DNA of 33,799 nt from Octopus bimaculoides (Eukaryota): the NCBI RefSeq assembly GCF_001194135.2, contig NC_068990.1, forward strand, positions 23,815,363 to 23,849,161, written 5' to 3'. Positions 33,767-33,799 of this stretch are shown here, piece after piece. The translations under genes and the position numbers were made by a program. The first letter of the stretch is position 1. Every line of letters starts with the position of its first letter. The notes beneath the pieces were generated by a model. The model was given only the letters and a program-made list of their open reading frames with translations, did no database searches and was not told the DNA's origin.

Positions 33767-33799
<33 letters not shown>

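Noticed and set aside
1-33799. Dozens of ORFs rich in IYIY, HTHT, CVCV, LSLS or X
   Set aside because: Translations of microsatellites and N gaps; no coding signal.

Overview
Eukaryotic, AT-rich, repeat-dominated non-coding window. The SINE families and microsatellite load look like an octopus (coleoid cephalopod) draft assembly; this is recognition from memory, not a database result. I found no intact host gene, rRNA, tRNA gene or CRISPR array. About 3.5 kb is N gaps (6816-7354, 8087-8096, 17276-18201, 20131-20765, 23104-23532, 26203-26245, 27171-27654, 32565-33000), nearly all bordered by (TA)n or (TG)n. Almost all long ORFs in the track are microsatellite or gap artefacts. Recognisable content: decayed mariner and Tc1 relics and MITEs, a hAT MITE, an I/Jockey-group LINE endonuclease relic, an RTE LINE 3' end, a Gypsy (Mag/K02A2.6-like) gag-pro-RT-RNaseH relic with a probable 5' LTR, two or three Penelope-like (PLE) relics, and many copies of two tRNA-derived SINE families. 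The best hunt result is a ~200 bp non-coding element (23558-23754, minus strand). It carries a near-complete minimal type I hammerhead ribozyme with a variant core (CCGACGA), nested in a longer inverted repeat that would sequester its cleavage site. More decayed hammerhead-like motifs sit at PLE ends elsewhere in the window.
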